Of a DNA stretch of 64,000 nt, positions 16,630 to 25,527 are shown in pieces (position 1 is the first letter of the stretch; each line of letters starts with the position of its first letter). Where the stretch lies: IMG/VR virus record IMGVR_UViG_3300030012_001865, positions 30,286 to 94,285 of that record; one strand, written 5' to 3'. Below the pieces are notes generated by a model. The model ran no database searches. It saw nothing but the letters and a program-made list of their open reading frames with translations, and was not told where the DNA came from. Source of the stretch: a virus. The position numbers and the translations under genes are program-made.

Positions 16630-18498
16630 ATGATAAAGTTCGTAGGAAATCCAAAACTTCTTGATTGTTGCGAAGTTGTAACAATACAAGACGTAGTAGA
16701 CTATTGCAATAGTATAGATATTATTGCTGTAGATACAGAAACAACGGGTCTTAATCATATAGATGATAGTATGATTATGTTACAGATTGGCGATGACGAG
16801 CAACAGTTTGTTATTGACACCAGATGTGTAGATATAGAACCACTTAGAGATATACTAGAAGGTTATACGCTTAAGATACTACACAATGTTAAGTTCGATT
16901 ATAAGTTCTTACGACAATATAATATCAGACTTAATAATGTGTGGGATACTATGCTAACATCACAAGTTATACATTGTGGTAAAGAGTTATCACATAGTTT
17001 ATCTAATGTATTATCTAGGGAGCTTGGTATAGAGATGGACAAGAGTGTAAGAACTAATTTTATCTCTAAAGGTAGTGATGAGTTTACAGAATCTGAGATA
17101 GTATATGGTGCTAGAGATATAGAACATCTTATACAACTGTATAATAATCAACAAATTACAGTTACAAAGCACAATCTTACAAACACTGCACAGCTTGAGA
17201 ACAGAGCTGCGCTAGCATATGCAGATATAGAATATAATGGTATTGGATTAGATAAAGATAACTGGCTTAGACTTGCAAAGCAAGCAGCATATAAAGTTAC
17301 AAGTATGTGTGATATACTTGACACATTTATAGAATCTAATCCAAAGCTTAATAAGTTTGTAGATGACTATGTGCAAGGTGATTTGTTTATGGATGTATCA
17401 CAGTTGAGAAAAGTAAATGTAAAATGGTCATCACCAAAACAAGTGCTAGATGTATTTAAAACATATGGGCTTGACATAACAGATGTGAATGCTAAGAACT
17501 TAAATGTGCATAGCAAGAATGATTTTGTCAAAACATATATTAAATACAAAGAGCAGGCCAAACTAGCTACTAGTTATGGTGATAAGTTCCTTGAGAATGT
17601 AGATAGTGACGGTAGAATCCGTACAAGTTTTAAACAAATACTAAATACAGGTAGGGTTGCATCAGGTAAACCTAACATGCAGCAGATACCTGCAGACAAT
17701 GATTATCGTAACTGCTTTGTTAGTGGTGAAGATGATTATGTATTTGTATCAGGCGACTACAGCTCACAGGAGTTATGTATTATAGCCACAGGGAGTAAAG
17801 ATCCTGTGTGGATTAAGGCGTTAGAAGATGGAGAAGATCTTCATAGCGTGTGTGCAGATTTAGTTTATGGTAAAGAATGGCAAGATGCAGCAGAGCCTGA
17901 CTGTGCTTACATGCAGTCAAAAGCTAAATGCAATTGCAGTAAACACAAGAAGCTGCGCACAAATGTAAAGAGTATAAACTTCGGTTTAGCCTATGGTATG
18001 GGCCCACACAAACTAGCTGACACATTGCTTATCAGTATCAAAGAAGCAGAGAGATTAATTGCAAAATACTTTACAGCATTTCCTGCAATCAAAAACTTTC
18101 TTGAGTCTCTTGGTAATTATGGTAAGCAGAATGGGCATATCAAAACATATGCACCATATCGTCGTATCAGATGGTTTGATGCGTGGGATGGTGACAAGAC
18201 AGACAAAGCTATGATGGGTAAGATAGAGCGTGCTAGCAAGAACACACCTATACAGGGTAGTGGTGCTGACATGTGTAAGTCTGCGCTTATTATGGTGCGT
18301 GATCACATTTATGAGAACGATTTGCCTGTTAAACTAGTTATGACTGTTCACGATCAGATCGACACTATTGTACATGAGAGCTATGCTCACACATGGTGCA
18401 AAGAGTTGCGTGAGATTATGGAGAAGTCTACACTAGATATTATACCATCAGGGCTACTAAAAGCAGAAACAGAAATATCAACAGTATGGAAAAAGTAA
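16630..18498 (+). CDS. polA: DNA polymerase family A with 3'-5' exonuclease
   Basis: Exo I DTETTG, Exo II HNVKFD, Exo III YGARD; TGRVAS, PNMQQIP, motif A DYSSQEL, motif B KSINFGLAYG (Phe at the 762 position), motif C TVHDQI. Confidence 0.95.
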   Translation: MIKFVGNPKLLDCCEVVTIQDVVDYCNSIDIIAVDTETTGLNHIDDSMIMLQIGDDEQQFVIDTRCVDIEPLRDILEGYTLKILHNVKFDYKFLRQYNIRLNNVWDTMLTSQVIHCGKELSHSLSNVLSRELGIEMDKSVRTNFISKGSDEFTESEIVYGARDIEHLIQLYNNQQITVTKHNLTNTAQLENRAALAYADIEYNGIGLDKDNWLRLAKQAAYKVTSMCDILDTFIESNPKLNKFVDDYVQGDLFMDVSQLRKVNVKWSSPKQVLDVFKTYGLDITDVNAKNLNVHSKNDFVKTYIKYKEQAKLATSYGDKFLENVDSDGRIRTSFKQILNTGRVASGKPNMQQIPADNDYRNCFVSGEDDYVFVSGDYSSQELCIIATGSKDPVWIKALEDGEDLHSVCADLVYGKEWQDAAEPDCAYMQSKAKCNCSKHKKLRTNVKSINFGLAYGMGPHKLADTLLISIKEAERLIAKYFTAFPAIKNFLESLGNYGKQNGHIKTYAPYRRIRWFDAWDGDKTDKAMMGKIERASKNTPIQGSGADMCKSALIMVRDHIYENDLPVKLVMTVHDQIDTIVHESYAHTWCKELREIMEKSTLDIIPSGLLKAETEISTVWKK

Positions 18499-19664
18499 GT
18501 AGTAGGACAGAGAGGCAGCTTGAGATAGTTCAAAAGTTTGCTGATAACAAAGGTAGAGGTACATTGCTAGCAGCTACAGGCTTCGGTAAGACATTTACAG
18601 CAATCATGGTTATTATACGATTGCTAAAGTCTAGACCAGAAGGCAAGGTTGTTATTGTTGTGCCTACAATTAACCTCAAGAATCAGTGGAAGAAAGAACT
18701 TAAGAAAAGCAAGGTGCACAAGAACTGTGATGTTATTGTAATTAATACTGCATACAAAACTAAGCAGTCATGTGATCTACTAATATGTGACGAGATACAT
18801 GCGTACGGTGCGGAACAGTTTATCAAGGTGTTTGACAAGATTACATATGATTATATCTTCGGCCTCACAGCTACGATAGAGCGTTCAGATGGTATGCACG
18901 AGGTGCTACTACAGTATGCACCTGTTATTGACGAGGTAGCTATTGACGAGTGTCATGCAAATGGCTGGGTTAGTGATTACCTTGTGTATAATCTAGCCGT
19001 GCCTATGTATGATGACGAGCAAGAAGACTATGACAAAGCCAATAAGCAGTTTAGATATGCTGCAGGTAGGCTAGGTTTTGGCGGCGCGCAGTCATTTAAC
19101 AATGCACGTAAGTATCTACAAGATAAAAGTGCAGACCCAGCAATGCGTGCTGTCGCAGCTGTATATTATAATTCCATGCGTAAGCGTGGTGATATATGTA
19201 AGAACTCTCAAGCAAAGATACCTGTTATTAAACAGTTGCTTGAGAAGTTTGACGATCGCAAGGCTCTATTGTTCAGTGCATCTACAGATTTTGCAGATGC
19301 TGTACAAGAAGAGCTAGGTGAGATGTGTTTGAGTTTCCATAGCAAGCGAACCAAGAAACAACAGGTAGAAATCCTCAAGAAATTTAAGGATGGACGTACA
19401 AAACAACGTGTAATCAGCAGTGTCAAAGCTCTGAATGCAGGTTTTGATGTACCTGATTGTTCTCTTGGTATCGTGGCTGCAGGTAATTCTAAGAAACTAG
19501 ATAACATACAGCGTACAGGTCGTATCATTCGTTATGTACCAGGCAAGACAGCAGTTATTATTAATCTCTATGCACCTAACACGCAGGAAGTCTCGTGGCT
19601 TAACAAGCGACAAGAAGGACAGAATGTAGTGTGGGCTGAGAGCATAGAAGAAATTACAGTATAA
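18486..19664 (+). CDS. Superfamily 2 (DExH) helicase
   Basis: ATGFGKT, DEIH, GLTAT, GFDVP, IQRTGRIIR. Confidence 0.9.
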   Translation: MEKVSSRTERQLEIVQKFADNKGRGTLLAATGFGKTFTAIMVIIRLLKSRPEGKVVIVVPTINLKNQWKKELKKSKVHKNCDVIVINTAYKTKQSCDLLICDEIHAYGAEQFIKVFDKITYDYIFGLTATIERSDGMHEVLLQYAPVIDEVAIDECHANGWVSDYLVYNLAVPMYDDEQEDYDKANKQFRYAAGRLGFGGAQSFNNARKYLQDKSADPAMRAVAAVYYNSMRKRGDICKNSQAKIPVIKQLLEKFDDRKALLFSASTDFADAVQEELGEMCLSFHSKRTKKQQVEILKKFKDGRTKQRVISSVKALNAGFDVPDCSLGIVAAGNSKKLDNIQRTGRIIRYVPGKTAVIINLYAPNTQEVSWLNKRQEGQNVVWAESIEEITV

Positions 19665-19807
19665 TGGAGGATAAATTAAAAGTGCTAATTAAAATTGTAG
19701 ATGCCCAGCAGAAACAATTAGAAATAAATCAGCAGCAGATAAGTGCAATGACAAAAGAATATGTCAAGCTTGCTGCTTTAATAGATAAATTAGGCAAGAG
19801 TGATTAA
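19664..19807 (+). CDS. Small coiled-coil protein (47 aa), not in track
   Basis: TAATG coupling to the helicase stop; MEDKLKVLIKIVDAQQKQLEINQQQ... Confidence 0.55.
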   Translation: MEDKLKVLIKIVDAQQKQLEINQQQISAMTKEYVKLAALIDKLGKSD

Positions 19808-19824
19808 CGGTTAAACTCAGATAA

Positions 19825-19974
19825 TCCCAGTTACCGAGCGTAAGACTTCGATACCAAACCTGGGAGCCTATTTTAATACGTGAGCAAGCTACGTGAACGC
19901 TGCATCGTGTTCTGATTAGGGGAGTAAAGGTTTTTAAACAAATCGTCTGAGGTTATACTTTGCTCCTCTAATCA
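19825..19974 (+). ncRNA. Cluster of four consecutive hairpins, candidate ncRNA or leader
   Basis: TCCCAG..CTGGGA, ACGT.AG..CTACGT, GAACGC/GTGTTC, and a 17-bp stem (19913-19929/19958-19974, two G-U pairs) with a 28-nt loop. Confidence 0.55.
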
Positions 19975-19992
19975 TTAACTAAACCATATATC

Positions 19993-20172
19993 ATGGAAGT
20001 ATTTATAGGAGTATTATGTGTCATATTATTATATGTGGCATACGAAACATTAAAATTAAAGCAAAAACAAAAAGAAAATGAGCGTAGAAGAAAACAAAGA
20101 AAGACTGGATCGCCACGAAAAGGTAATCGAAAAACTAATCGATCAAATAGCAAAGCTGCAAATAGCAAATAA
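19993..20172 (+). CDS. Small membrane protein (59 aa), not in track
   Basis: MEVFIGVLCVILLYVAYE hydrophobic N-terminus, basic tail. Confidence 0.5.
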   Translation: MEVFIGVLCVILLYVAYETLKLKQKQKENERRRKQRKTGSPRKGNRKTNRSNSKAANSK

Positions 20173-20258
20173 TATACAAAACTTTCTCAACGATGTTAAT
20201 TCAAAAGACACAGAGAAAGACATTTCTGATACGTCCCTCAGGTCGTAGCACAGATTTT
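20088..20258 (+). CDS. Small coiled-coil protein (56 aa), not in track
   Basis: A-rich leader AAAGAAAATG; MSVEENKERLDRHEKVIEKLIDQIAKLQ; overlaps both neighbours. Confidence 0.4.
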
Positions 20259-21050
20259 ATCTCCCCTTCCTTTGGCTATGGCTGCTTATATAATTGCTCA
20301 TATTGTTATATGAAGCGCCATAAGCCTGAAGGGTTGAGTGTAGCAACAAACATACATGATATACTTACAGAGCTTAACAACCATGCATACTTCACACCAG
20401 TGGAGAAACCCAACCAGACACATGCAGACTACACTACGTACGACATCAGTTGTAACGAAGACTTTGCACTGCATGCTAAATATTATGATTGGGAAAGGAT
20501 CTTTGAGTTTTTTAGAGATCATCCTATTGCAATGGGTAGTTTTGCTACTAAGTATGTCAACCCTAAATTACTAAACTTTGATCCGCAAGGTAAAGTACGA
20601 GTTAGATTTAGTTTGATGCCACAGTATATGTCAACATTGCACGAGCCAGGCACATCTAAGATCATAGATAGAATCAAAGCTATCAATGCATTTATAGAAG
20701 CAGGCTATGATGTGCATGTTAACTTTAGTCCTGTTATCGTAGAAGATAACTGGCTAGAGGATTACGAAGAACTGTTTAATATGCTCAACGATTATGTTGA
20801 GTATAAAGATCAGGTATTAGCAGAAGTAATATTTTTAACACATAATGAAAAGAAACATGAAGCGAATTTAGAAAAACACCCTGAAACAGAAGTACACCTA
20901 TGGAATCCTGTAATACAGGAAGAGAAAATCTCGCAATACGGTGGAACAAACGTAAGGTATGCTAGACATGTAAAGCATTTGTACATAGATGCATTTAAAG
21001 CTTTACATGACAAGATTATACCTTGGAACACAATAAGATATATATTTTAG
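20193..21050 (+). CDS. splB: Spore photoproduct lyase-like radical SAM enzyme
   Basis: GCLYNCSYCYM (CxxxCxxC), YDISCNED (H-donor Cys position), FATKY, RVRFSL, HEPGTS..IDRI. Confidence 0.8.
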   Translation: MLIQKTQRKTFLIRPSGRSTDFISPSFGYGCLYNCSYCYMKRHKPEGLSVATNIHDILTELNNHAYFTPVEKPNQTHADYTTYDISCNEDFALHAKYYDWERIFEFFRDHPIAMGSFATKYVNPKLLNFDPQGKVRVRFSLMPQYMSTLHEPGTSKIIDRIKAINAFIEAGYDVHVNFSPVIVEDNWLEDYEELFNMLNDYVEYKDQVLAEVIFLTHNEKKHEANLEKHPETEVHLWNPVIQEEKISQYGGTNVRYARHVKHLYIDAFKALHDKIIPWNTIRYIF

Positions 21051-21051
21051 T

Positions 21052-21264
21052 ATGAAGAAAGGATACCACGAGTATACTCCTGTAGTTAAAGAGGAGAAAG
21101 TTAAGAAAAAAGAGAAGGATACAACAGGATTAGTTACAACAGACGTATTCCAACTCCAGTTTGGGTTTGAATATCCAAAAGTAGCACCAAAATATAGTTA
21201 CGTTAAAACAATTAGATACCCTAAAACAGACGGAAGCAATGGCAAAATTAGTAGATTTCGCTGA
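21052..21264 (+). CDS. Hypothetical protein
   Basis: 70-aa ORF packed between neighbours. Confidence 0.55.
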   Translation: MKKGYHEYTPVVKEEKVKKKEKDTTGLVTTDVFQLQFGFEYPKVAPKYSYVKTIRYPKTDGSNGKISRFR

Positions 21265-21991
21265 TCTGGGCCACATAAAGGTACCAGAGAGAACAGAGAC
21301 TTACATACCAGTAAGTCATCAAGAATTAGTAACAAAAATTAAAGAAGCAGGTACAAAGCATTACAATACTGCACCTTTTGAAGAGAAGCTAGAGGTAAAT
21401 CATAGAGGCCAACAGATGTTTGGTAGTATGACATTCCATGATGGCTCTAATCTAAGGGCAGATGGTAGTGGTATGAATAGAAGTATTGGCTTTCGTAATT
21501 CTTATGACAAGACATTACCTATAGGTGTATGTGGCGGAGCATCAGTATATGTATGCTCTAACCTTATGTTTACAGGTGATATTATTAAGATGCGTAAACA
21601 CACGCAGAATGTAGAAGAAGATTTAGATATTCTTATACAAAAGTTATTTGATGACGTAGATAGACGTTATAACGAAGCTATTGCAGCTAGAGAGACTATG
21701 TCAGAGATACATTTTAGCGATATAGACGCAGGTAATTATTTTGGACAATTATTCGTAAATCAAGGTGTTTTGAATGGTTCACAGCTAAACAAAGCAACTA
21801 AAGAATGGTTTAAATCCCCTGTGTTTACTGAGCGTACAGCGTGGTCTGCATATAATGCATGTACAGAAGCACTCAAAGCTGCGCACCCTATGAATGCTTT
21901 GGAAAAGTATACCAAATTACATACATTTACAGAAGAATTTACGATAGACCCTTATCTTGAGATGTTAAATCACCAGAGTCTACCGTTCTAA
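21239..21991 (+). CDS. DUF932/DUF945-like phage protein
   Basis: TETYIPVSH, IGFRNSYDK, VYVCSNLMF, RKHT, TAWSAYNACT. Confidence 0.75.
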   Translation: MAKLVDFADLGHIKVPERTETYIPVSHQELVTKIKEAGTKHYNTAPFEEKLEVNHRGQQMFGSMTFHDGSNLRADGSGMNRSIGFRNSYDKTLPIGVCGGASVYVCSNLMFTGDIIKMRKHTQNVEEDLDILIQKLFDDVDRRYNEAIAARETMSEIHFSDIDAGNYFGQLFVNQGVLNGSQLNKATKEWFKSPVFTERTAWSAYNACTEALKAAHPMNALEKYTKLHTFTEEFTIDPYLEMLNHQSLPF

Positions 21992-22000
21992 TATAAATGT

Positions 22001-22228
22001 ATGAAGAAAAGTCCTTATAATGGTAAGCACGTAAATCTTAATGAAATAAGACATTTATACAACGTGTTAAAATTTTATTATGATGACTTAGAATCTCTTA
22101 ATATTGATGCAGTTACAGATATAATGCGTATGGAATTTGGTTGCAAAGTCAGCAGAAATGACGTATATTTATATCTTGTTACTGCGCAATATTGGGATGA
22201 TGACGGCAATTTATTATGTCATGAGTAA
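22001..22228 (+). CDS. Hypothetical protein
   Basis: 75-aa ORF, ATG, in operon. Confidence 0.55.
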   Translation: MKKSPYNGKHVNLNEIRHLYNVLKFYYDDLESLNIDAVTDIMRMEFGCKVSRNDVYLYLVTAQYWDDDGNLLCHE

Positions 22229-22397
22229 CTGTATTGAGTGTAATAACGAATTAAGATGTTTATCAGATGATGTGCTGATGAATTTAACTGAAGAGGAACT
22301 AGATAAATATTTAAACTGCGATGAAAGTGTCTTTAAACTTGACAAAGTTGAAGGGCAACAAACTGACTCCAAGCGAGTTTGTTTACATGTTAATTAA
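22221..22397 (+). CDS. Small Cys-containing hypothetical protein
   Basis: MSNCIECNNELRC...; internal ATG of ORF 22137..22397 overlapping the upstream stop. Confidence 0.35.
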   Translation: MSNCIECNNELRCLSDDVLMNLTEEELDKYLNCDESVFKLDKVEGQQTDSKRVCLHVN

Positions 22398-22860
22398 AAG
22401 CGAAAGCGGTAAACAACTCGAAAAATACCTAGAAATCCTACCTATAGACGAGAACAAATTAGAGAAGCGTGGCTTTGTTAAGATAATGCCCGATAACTCT
22501 CTTACGCTCCGTCAAAAAGCGTTGGATCTATTTAAGGTACGAGGATGTGAAGATTGTTGGAATCAATTTGCATTGGCCTACCCACGCAAGGACCAAGGCC
22601 GTCCACTACACAATGATATGAAGCGCAACAAGCTTAAGTACATAGCATTGATAGAGCGTAATCCAGATCTGCATGATACTATAATTAAAGCTATAGAAGC
22701 TGAACTAGAAGATAGAAAGCGTGCTAGTTGGTCTGGTGAATTCCGTCCTAGATGGAAGATGATGTCATCATACCTAAACCAAGAAGCTTGGACTATGTAT
22801 GAGAATGTTGAAATAGAGAAACCTAAAACAGATAATAACTATGGAGAAGACTTAATATGA
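22321..22860 (+). CDS. Replication initiator/helicase loader-like protein
   Basis: WNQFALAYPRK ... SSYLNQEAW motif; immediately upstream of DnaB. Confidence 0.65.
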   Translation: MKVSLNLTKLKGNKLTPSEFVYMLIKSESGKQLEKYLEILPIDENKLEKRGFVKIMPDNSLTLRQKALDLFKVRGCEDCWNQFALAYPRKDQGRPLHNDMKRNKLKYIALIERNPDLHDTIIKAIEAELEDRKRASWSGEFRPRWKMMSSYLNQEAWTMYENVEIEKPKTDNNYGEDLI

Positions 22861-23849
22861 GCGAAGAACACAAACCATTACCATGGAGACATATATCAAA
22901 AGCATCTAATGCAGCACTGCGCTACATAGATGGTAGACGTAAAGGTGAAATTAAATCTTTAACCACGCCGTGGAAGAAGTTTAATAACATATCTATGGGT
23001 GGTATAGAATGGCAGACTATCACAACTATTGCTGGTATGTCTGGTAGCGGTAAGACTGCAATACTCGGTCAGCTTGAGACAGGACTAAAAGACCTGAATC
23101 AAGAAGACGATTTTGCAATACTATCATTTAATTTCGAGATGTTATCCTCACGGCTGATTGGCCGTAAGCTTAGTAATAAGATGAATATTACTACACAGCA
23201 GCTGTATAGTGCGTCAGAGACATTTAAACTCAATGACAATTACTATATGAATGCAGTACAGGAAGCTCGTAAATTAAATAAGTATGATATAAACTATGTA
23301 GATATACCAGGTAGTGTCAAATCTCTAGAAGCTACAATACTAGCTTTTGCAAAAGAGAAAGACAAGCCTGTTATAATTATGCTAGATCATACTCTACTTG
23401 TAAAGAAGGCAGGTGGTGCACAAGACAGAGATCTGTTGTACGATTTGATGGCTATGTTCAATGGCCTCAAAAAGATTATTAGAGTTGCATTTATTCTAAT
23501 ATCACAGATGAATCGTAACATAGAAGCGTCAGAGCGCATACAAAACCCTGATTTACACTACCCTAAGAAACAAGACATTTTCGGTGCAGATGCATGCTAT
23601 ATGTATTCTGACATTGTTGTGGTAACACACAGGCCAGAGATGTTAGGTATTAGGGCATACGGACCAAAGCGTTGGCCTACAGATAATGCTATATTTTGGC
23701 ACTATCTAAAGGTACGCGAGGGTGAGCCATGCATTGCTCTTATGGAGAATGACTTGGCACACAATCAAATACTAGATGCTAAACCACCAAATTACTCGAG
23801 CAATGAAAGTAAAGAAGTACGAGAAGATAGTATCAAAGATACTACTTAA
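22857..23849 (+). CDS. dnaB: DnaB-like replicative helicase (RecA domain only)
   Basis: AGMSGSGKT, FNFEM, MLDH, ISQMNR, LKVREG. Confidence 0.88.
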   Translation: MSEEHKPLPWRHISKASNAALRYIDGRRKGEIKSLTTPWKKFNNISMGGIEWQTITTIAGMSGSGKTAILGQLETGLKDLNQEDDFAILSFNFEMLSSRLIGRKLSNKMNITTQQLYSASETFKLNDNYYMNAVQEARKLNKYDINYVDIPGSVKSLEATILAFAKEKDKPVIIMLDHTLLVKKAGGAQDRDLLYDLMAMFNGLKKIIRVAFILISQMNRNIEASERIQNPDLHYPKKQDIFGADACYMYSDIVVVTHRPEMLGIRAYGPKRWPTDNAIFWHYLKVREGEPCIALMENDLAHNQILDAKPPNYSSNESKEVREDSIKDTT

Positions 23850-24099
23850 CAAGTTTACTGCTAGAAATAGCGATTACGTTCTTTACGCATTTGTATTACT
23901 AGAGTATGGTGTCGACATTGACACGCTAAGCACTAAAGATTTTCTAAAAGGTTTGAATAACAAAACATACCCATCTTTCGAGGGCATAGGACGTTGTCGC
24001 CGTAAACTACAAGAAAATCATCCAGAGTTTAGAGGTACAAAATGGCATGCAAGGCACGCAGAACAAGAAAAAGTTAAAAACGATTTAAATTTATTCTAA
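23803..24099 (+). CDS. Hypothetical protein
   Basis: ARNSD..L ... PSFEGIGRCRRKLQE.HPE pattern; ATG MKVKKY preferred. Confidence 0.6.
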   Translation: MKVKKYEKIVSKILLNKFTARNSDYVLYAFVLLEYGVDIDTLSTKDFLKGLNNKTYPSFEGIGRCRRKLQENHPEFRGTKWHARHAEQEKVKNDLNLF

Positions 24100-24275
24100 T
24101 GGAAGAACAAGAAACCATTAAGTGGGGATTCTTTGATGGACACCCCCAATCAATTAGAAGTAAAGAGCATCAAGAGTATCTTATAAAAGAATACAACAAG
24201 AATAAGCCTCTTGAAGAACAAGTAGATAATATTACAGAATTTTTATTAGCTATAAAACAAGAAAAAGAAGATTAA
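24099..24275 (+). CDS. Small hypothetical protein (58 aa), not in track
   Basis: TAATG coupling at both ends; MEEQETIKWGFFDGHPQ... Confidence 0.6.
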   Translation: MEEQETIKWGFFDGHPQSIRSKEHQEYLIKEYNKNKPLEEQVDNITEFLLAIKQEKED

Positions 24276-24955
24276 TGGCACAAGAATTATTAGTAGTTGG
24301 CGCAAGTGGTACAGGGAAATCCACTTCAATAGAAAACTTAAACCCTGAGTCTACATTTATTGTTAACGTGGCGCGTAAAGCACTACCGTTCAAAGGATGG
24401 AAGACTAAATATCCTACATTCAACAAAGAGAACCCGCAAGGTAGATTTCATTCTAGCGATGTACCTGGTGAGATTCTTAAATGTTTGAATTACATCAATG
24501 AACAACGTCCTGAGATCAAGACGATTGTCATCGATGACTATCAATACACAATGGCAAACGAGTATATGCGTAGAGCTAACGAGACTGGTTTCAAAAAGTT
24601 TACTGAGATTGCTCAGAATGCTTGGTCGATAATCAATGCCGTTAAATCTATGCGTGACGATTTGCTTGTAGTATTCATGATGCACTCCGAGGTTACATTC
24701 GACGCACACGGTAACAAAGTAACTAAAGCAAAGACGATCGGTAAGATGATGGACAATGTGGTTACCCTCGAAGGTATGTTTACTATTGTATTGTACACAG
24801 ATGTCACAAAGAGTGAGACAGGTATGACGTACTCGTTTATTACACAAAACGACGGTACTAATACAGGTAAAACTCCAAAAGACATGTTTGGATCTGTTAA
24901 AATACCAAACGATTTAGCGTTGGTAGCACAAGCTATCGAAGAGTATAATAATTAA
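24275..24955 (+). CDS. AAA-family P-loop ATPase (Sak4/AAA_24-like)
   Basis: GASGTGKST, IVIDD, MH, KTIGKM, GKTPKDMF. Confidence 0.85.
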   Translation: MAQELLVVGASGTGKSTSIENLNPESTFIVNVARKALPFKGWKTKYPTFNKENPQGRFHSSDVPGEILKCLNYINEQRPEIKTIVIDDYQYTMANEYMRRANETGFKKFTEIAQNAWSIINAVKSMRDDLLVVFMMHSEVTFDAHGNKVTKAKTIGKMMDNVVTLEGMFTIVLYTDVTKSETGMTYSFITQNDGTNTGKTPKDMFGSVKIPNDLALVAQAIEEYNN

Positions 24956-24972
24956 TTTTAAAAGAGAGAAAA

Positions 24973-25527
24973 ATGTACGGAAGTAACGTAGAAAGTAACA
25001 GTACTGGCGGTGTAATGCCAGAAGTAGGTATCGTAGAGAACTGCGAGCTAACAAGTGTAACAATGAACACAGACAAAGGTGGTAGACTTGACTTCGAGTT
25101 TAAGCAGCCTAATGGTGCAACAGTAAAACATGCCGAGTTCCCTGCCAATCCAGACTATGGTGATGTAGAGAAACAAGCTACAGATGTATCACGTCGTGTA
25201 AAACATATTGCTACTAAATTTATGCCTGAGTCAGAGTTTGTGATTACAGATGTAAATAGTTTTGAAGAGTATGGCCACAAGGTTACAAATTTGTTTGGTC
25301 AGAAATATGCTGGTAAAAAGTTTAGAATGTTATTTATCTACAAAGGTAAATATGTGTCTCTGCCTAAGTATCCTAACTTTATCGAAGGTATGGAGACACC
25401 TGCAGAGAAGACTAATATCTATATTTCAGACTACAACAAGAAGAAACTTGTTAAGCCTGAACCAGATGCGGCTCCAGTAACACCAGAAACAGTAATGAGT
25501 ACAGGTGGTGCTGAAATGCCGTTCTAA
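24973..25527 (+). CDS. Putative ssDNA-binding protein
   Basis: Between AAA ATPase and primase; C-terminal tail ending EMPF, SSB-like. Confidence 0.55.
   Translation: MYGSNVESNSTGGVMPEVGIVENCELTSVTMNTDKGGRLDFEFKQPNGATVKHAEFPANPDYGDVEKQATDVSRRVKHIATKFMPESEFVITDVNSFEEYGHKVTNLFGQKYAGKKFRMLFIYKGKYVSLPKYPNFIEGMETPAEKTNIYISDYNKKKLVKPEPDAAPVTPETVMSTGGAEMPF

Noticed and set aside
16630-18498. DpoZ or modified-base polymerase system
   Set aside because: Ordinary PolA motifs and no purZ or deazaguanine pathway genes in the window; an intact UDG argues against uracil-DNA
19930-19957. Phage target for the H4 loop (11-nt match TTAAACAAATC at 8523-8533)
   Set aside because: Short AT-rich match inside a coding region; compatible with chance
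9116-23849. Introns, inteins or homing endonucleases in TerL, PolA or DnaB
   Set aside because: Genes are contiguous and of normal length, with no intein termini or LAGLIDADG/HNH motifs noticed
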